Below are positions 59,551-64,000 of a stretch of 64,000 nt of DNA, in pieces (the stretch's first letter is position 1; each line of letters begins with the position of its first letter). The notes below the pieces were generated by a model. The model was not told the DNA's origin, ran no database searches, and worked only from the letters and a program-made list of their open reading frames with translations. This DNA is from Paraspadella gotoi (lineage: Eukaryota > Animalia > Chaetognatha): NCBI GenBank assembly GCA_051294375.1, contig CM119265.1, positions 778,089-842,088 of the forward strand, given 5' to 3'. The translations under genes were made by a program, and so were the position numbers.

Positions 59551-62500
59551 TCAGCATTCTTTGATATTGCAATATTTCCAGGATGTTCCTTTAGTGTAGC
59601 ACCAAGGTCTCTTGCCTTCACTAGGATTTCTGCAATAGTTTTCATCTAATCCCGCGTTAGGTTTTCTACGGGGAAAAAAAAATTTTGAATGTTCAAATTA
59701 AACCATATAAAACGATTGCTGTTATTTGTATAAATAAAGTTTATACACTCTGTCACAACTGATAATATATGGACAGCTCTTTGTTATACAACTAGTTAAC
59801 ATTGAGGATTAAAAGAGGCACTCTGGGAAAAGAGAGCCAACCATTAAAAAGGGGCACTCTGGGAAAAAAGAGCCAACCATTTAAAAGGGGCTCTCTGGGA
59901 AAAAAGCCAACCATTAAAATGGGGCACTCTGGGAAAAGAGAGCCAACCATTTAAAAGGGGCACTCTGGGAAAAGAGAGCCCTCAGTTTACTCACTTTGAA
60001 GGGTTATACTTTTTTGATTTGCTCCTTTTCCAATCTTGACAAGTGAGACCATTTTCAGCCACAGACAAAGCACCTCGATAATCTTTTCCTTTGGGTTTTT
60101 TATAACATTCTTTACCTGAATAAAGCATATTTCTTTTGTAAAATCGTTAATATATATATAGTATTTCTATAATGCAATTACAATTATCAAACAAATTCTG
60201 AACTTACCCTAAATTATGGGCAATAAAATTGCCAAAAAATTATAATCATGTAATTAAAGATTAAAGATTAAAAGTTTTTATTTTTTGTTTAAACAACGAA
60301 TTTATTTAATATTACATTATCTAATATAATATTACATATTAAATAAATTCGTTTTCTCCTTTAATGCTACCAACGCAACGAAACGAAAGAATCAAAACAA
60401 AATTATATAATTTTATGATTATAATTTTTGAGTCGGATCTGCTTATCGGAAGATCACGACTCTATAATTCACTTTGTCAGTCCGTCGGTCCCACCTCAAA
60501 AGATTGTCGTTAAGACACTTAGATCATGTCAGAACATCGAATTATGATAAATAAATAAATAAATTATGCCAAAAAAATTATGACCGTCCGTCTGTCCATC
60601 CTTTCGTCCGTCTATCCGTCCTCCGTCTGTGTGTCTGTCTGTCTGTCTGTCTGAAGGTCCGTTCCACCTTAACAAAAAACACCAATTACTCGTGATTGGA
60701 TAGATGGAATGAAATTTTGTGTGTTGCACGAAAAGTTTGTGATTGAGCAGGATATAAAGTTTCAAAGGAATCGTCCGAGTGAAAAGTAATTTAAATGGAA
60801 AAAATATAAGTCACGTTTACTCGAATATTTTTATTTATATAACCTCATAATTACTCTAATTAATCACAATTAGATAGATCAATTGAGATGAAATTTTGTG
60901 TGTCTGTAGGAAAATAAGTGATTGAACTGAATAAAGAGTTTTGATTAAATTATGCAAGTGTAAATAAGTTTAAATTGAAAAAAACGAAAGTCACATTTAT
61001 TTTATTTTTTGTTAATTTTCAAGTTTCTCTCTCTCTCTCTCTCTCTCTGAGATAAAATAATGGATTGTCTGATTAAGCAGTTGTTTGAATGATTGATTGA
61101 AAGATTTAATAATTGATTATCATTGCATCTACTATAAATATCAATCAATATCAATAAATACTTAACATTGCTTCAATGAATGACTATAAAATAATCAATG
61201 ACTAACTTTTTTCTTAATAATAAATGACTATCATTTATCAATGAATGACTATCATCTTAATGATAAATGACTATCACCGCAACCATAATTTGTCATCTAC
61301 TATTATCGCATCAAGAAATCATTATTATTGTATCAATAAATCCTTAACATTGATTCAATGAATGACTATCATACAATCAATGAATGACTAATATCTTAAT
61401 AATGAATGACTATTATCTTATCAATGAATAACTATCATCTTATCAATAAATGATAATCATCTTAATGATAAATGACTATCACCGCAACCATAATTTGTCA
61501 TCTACTATTATCGCATCAAGAAATCATTATCATTGTATCAATAAATCCTTAACATCACTTCAATGAATGACTATCATACAATCAATGAATGACTAACATC
61601 TTAATAATGAATGACTATTATCTTATCAATGAATAACTATCATCTTATCAATAAATGACAATCATCTTAATGATAAATGACTATCACCGCAACCATAATT
61701 TGTCGTCTTCAATTTTACATTAATTTATTATCATTGTAACATCAAACTATTTTTATTACATCAGTAATTTTTTATTATTTTAATAATTTATAATTATTAA
61801 AAAACAGAATTATCATGTAATTTATAGAATTATTAATAAGTCTGTTATGATTTGTTTTGTTATAATTTGTTATAATCTATAGAGATCGCAAAGAATTATG
61901 ATTATCATTTGTTTAGCTGATTACCACTAAATTATCGCAGGCAGATCCGACATTGTTTGCTCAAACTTGATGAGGTTAAACCTAACTCAGGGTCGTACAA
62001 TCAACAAGTTGGGGATTCTTACGTTTTTGCTCGTGAAGATAAACTTGGACCTCACAAAGTCGAATTTCGGTGAAAGTATTTATCACAGTGATTTTAATTT
62101 GGTCGCCATGATTCCTTCTTCTCCGCACGAAACATCCAATTTGATCTGCTTATATCTTGTACCTGAATACAGAGCAAAGTGAAAGTGAGAAAGTGAAGAA
62201 AGTGAAGTGAGGAAAGTGGAAAAGTGAAGTGAGGAAAGTGAGGAAAGTAAAGTGAGGAAAGTGAGGAAAGTGAAGAGACTCTTGTTTTTTAAGCAAATAC
62301 TACGAGTTTTGATATTACTGGATTTAAAGATAGCAAGATAGAGTGAGAAAGAAAGAGATAGCGAGAGTGTGAAATATGTTTTAAATGTTTAAGAAGAGCT
62401 TGAAAAAGTGGGAAGGAGCGCCGTAGAGTATAAACAAGAGATAAAGTGTGCAAATAAGCGTAAAAGAGTATGATACATATTTCGACTTATTTTCTCAGTC

Positions 62501-63920
62501 ATCATCATTGAAAATAGGTATTTATATTAGCATTCTACTAGCGCATGTGATGACTTTAAGGTAAGTGTGTTAATTGTCATTTTTAATGAACCTGTTTCTC
62601 TTGATTAAGCCTCCACAGCTGCCAGCTTTTTTTCCTGAAGCAAAGATTTCAACTCTGAAGGGAAAGATAAATGACCACATGCCTTCATTATCCTTCGTGT
62701 TAAATATTCGGATGCGGCCAACTGAAGGAAACAAAGCAGGGATGATTGTGCAAAGTTTAAGCAGATCTAATGCAGGATTTTCAAACTTTGACAAAAAAAA
62801 ACTTAAATGAAATTTTTCTCAAAAAGTTGTAATTTTACTTTTATTTTAGCTTTCTATTTGTCTTAATATAATAATTTTAAATAACTTGTAATTACCATTC
62901 TCTGTAATAAAATTTTTATATTCTGTTATATACTATACAATTGAATATTATTGTCAAATAAACGTTACACAGTTGTATTAAAGATTCATTTCAATTTCAA
63001 ATATGATTTTTTATTTACTTTTAATTTTTCTCCCGAATTGAATACGGATCCAAGGGTGTTTTTCAAATAGGGATTCAAAACATTTTGTTGACTTGAAGTA
63101 GTCCCTTAAGAAATATAGGAATAAGTAAGAGTAAATCAAAAATAACACAAATACAATTAACATGATATTGGAAGGGGCTCATGCTGAGCCATTTTTAAAC
63201 GGTCTAGCACAAGGCCCATCTGAATTAAGTGTTCCATTCCCGACCCTACCCCATACATCAGCACTTCAGCAGCAAGAGACTCTCAGAGAGGATCTATTAG
63301 CGCTGACACCAACCATTGTAAATGCCAAATGCCCTGCTCTCTAAGAATTAGAGCTGATACAGCCAATAGTAAATCTACAATTGTATTAATTACAAAATGG
63401 GAAAAAATATTTTTTTGATTATGGAGAAGTAAAAATCAGGTCTCTCTTTCTCTCACTCTTTCTTTCACACACCATTTCTAACATATTCTTGCCTATATGA
63501 ACTACTCATATCTGCCTCTAAAGATTATTTGATTTATTTTTAGAACTATTTCCTTTTAATTCTTCTTGATTGCTCTATATGATAAAATGTTAGAAAGATA
63601 TTTTTCTTAACTTTACTGTTCATCCAACTGTTAAGATATATAACCACTTTGTCCCAGTACAAAAACAAATATGGACAAAAACAATGAATTATTATTTGGT
63701 TTCTTACGAGTATTTGTTATCGACCAGATTTCTAGGATTTGAAGAATCACGCCTGGATATAGCGAAAACTCTTTGGTTAAGAGCAACGTTTTTGCCTGAA
63801 TTGTTAGGATAAAATATTAAATTCATTTGGAGTCATCACATGTTCTAAGATTAAAATTTAGTTAAAGATGACACATTAGAATACAGGTACAATATTTTTC
63901 TTCATCATCTATGATACCAT
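59551..63920 (-). CDS. F-type lectin (fucolectin/F5-8C-fold)-like domain + C-terminal kringle protein; 5' end outside window
   Basis: Exons 63920-63891 (tentative), 63795-63708 (KNVALNQ...NLVDN), 63104-63019 ([15 protein letters not shown]), 62721-62592 (IRIFNTKD...GSCG), 62162-62023 (VSC...GDQIKI...LCEVQVY), 60115-59995 ([11 protein letters not shown]...GLTCQDW), 59665-59551 (NYCRNPS..RPWCY...WKYCNIKEC*). About two 1-bp frame inconsistencies near 62592 and 62108. Confidence 0.85.
59812..59981. repeat. 5 x ~35-bp minisatellite in the kringle intron
   Basis: GGGGCACTCTGGGAAAAGAGAGCCAACCATTAAAA unit. Confidence 0.9.
60425..61970 (+). mobile_element. HINE/DINE-1-like element containing a ~3 x 205-bp tandem array (61130-61705)
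   Basis: 5' GTCGGATCTGC..ACTCTATAA. 3' GCAGATCCGACATTGTTTGCTCAAACTTG matches the end of the 34445 copy. Array marker GATAAATGACTATCACCGCAACC at 61262, 61467, 61672. Confidence 0.65.
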
Positions 63921-64000
63921 CTGGATTGAAATATTGATCATATTAAAAAAAATATTGTCTGTGTACTTCCATGTGTGATTTTGAACTAAATTAACTCATT

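Overview
AT-rich, (AG)n-rich invertebrate-animal genomic DNA with spliced genes, five N-gaps and several indel-rich stretches, so some frameshifts may be consensus errors. Genes assembled by hand from splice sites and reading-frame phase: (1) three paralogous type-I membrane Ig-superfamily-like receptors (A 1495-5622, B 26066-29589, C 38492-41056); (2) a secreted coiled-coil + fibrinogen-C (FReD) gene (8473-13051); (3) a multi-exon DRE-TIM metallolyase-like + EF-hand gene that appears to splice on into a ricin-B-like beta-trefoil (47175 to beyond 56993); (4) a minus-strand F-type-lectin-like + kringle gene (59551 to beyond 63920). Mobile DNA: a degenerate ~8.4-kb Ty3/Gypsy-type LTR element, a 3.85-kb hAT-like non-autonomous element with an 8-bp TSD, Helentron-type HINEs and a minimal hammerhead ribozyme. 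The most notable signal is a group of ~650-bp non-coding TRIM-like LTR elements (three related LTR types) whose LTRs each contain a tRNA-like Pol III module, i.e. a tRNA-based counterpart of the 5S-carrying Cassandra TRIMs. All calls come from reading the sequence; no database search was run.
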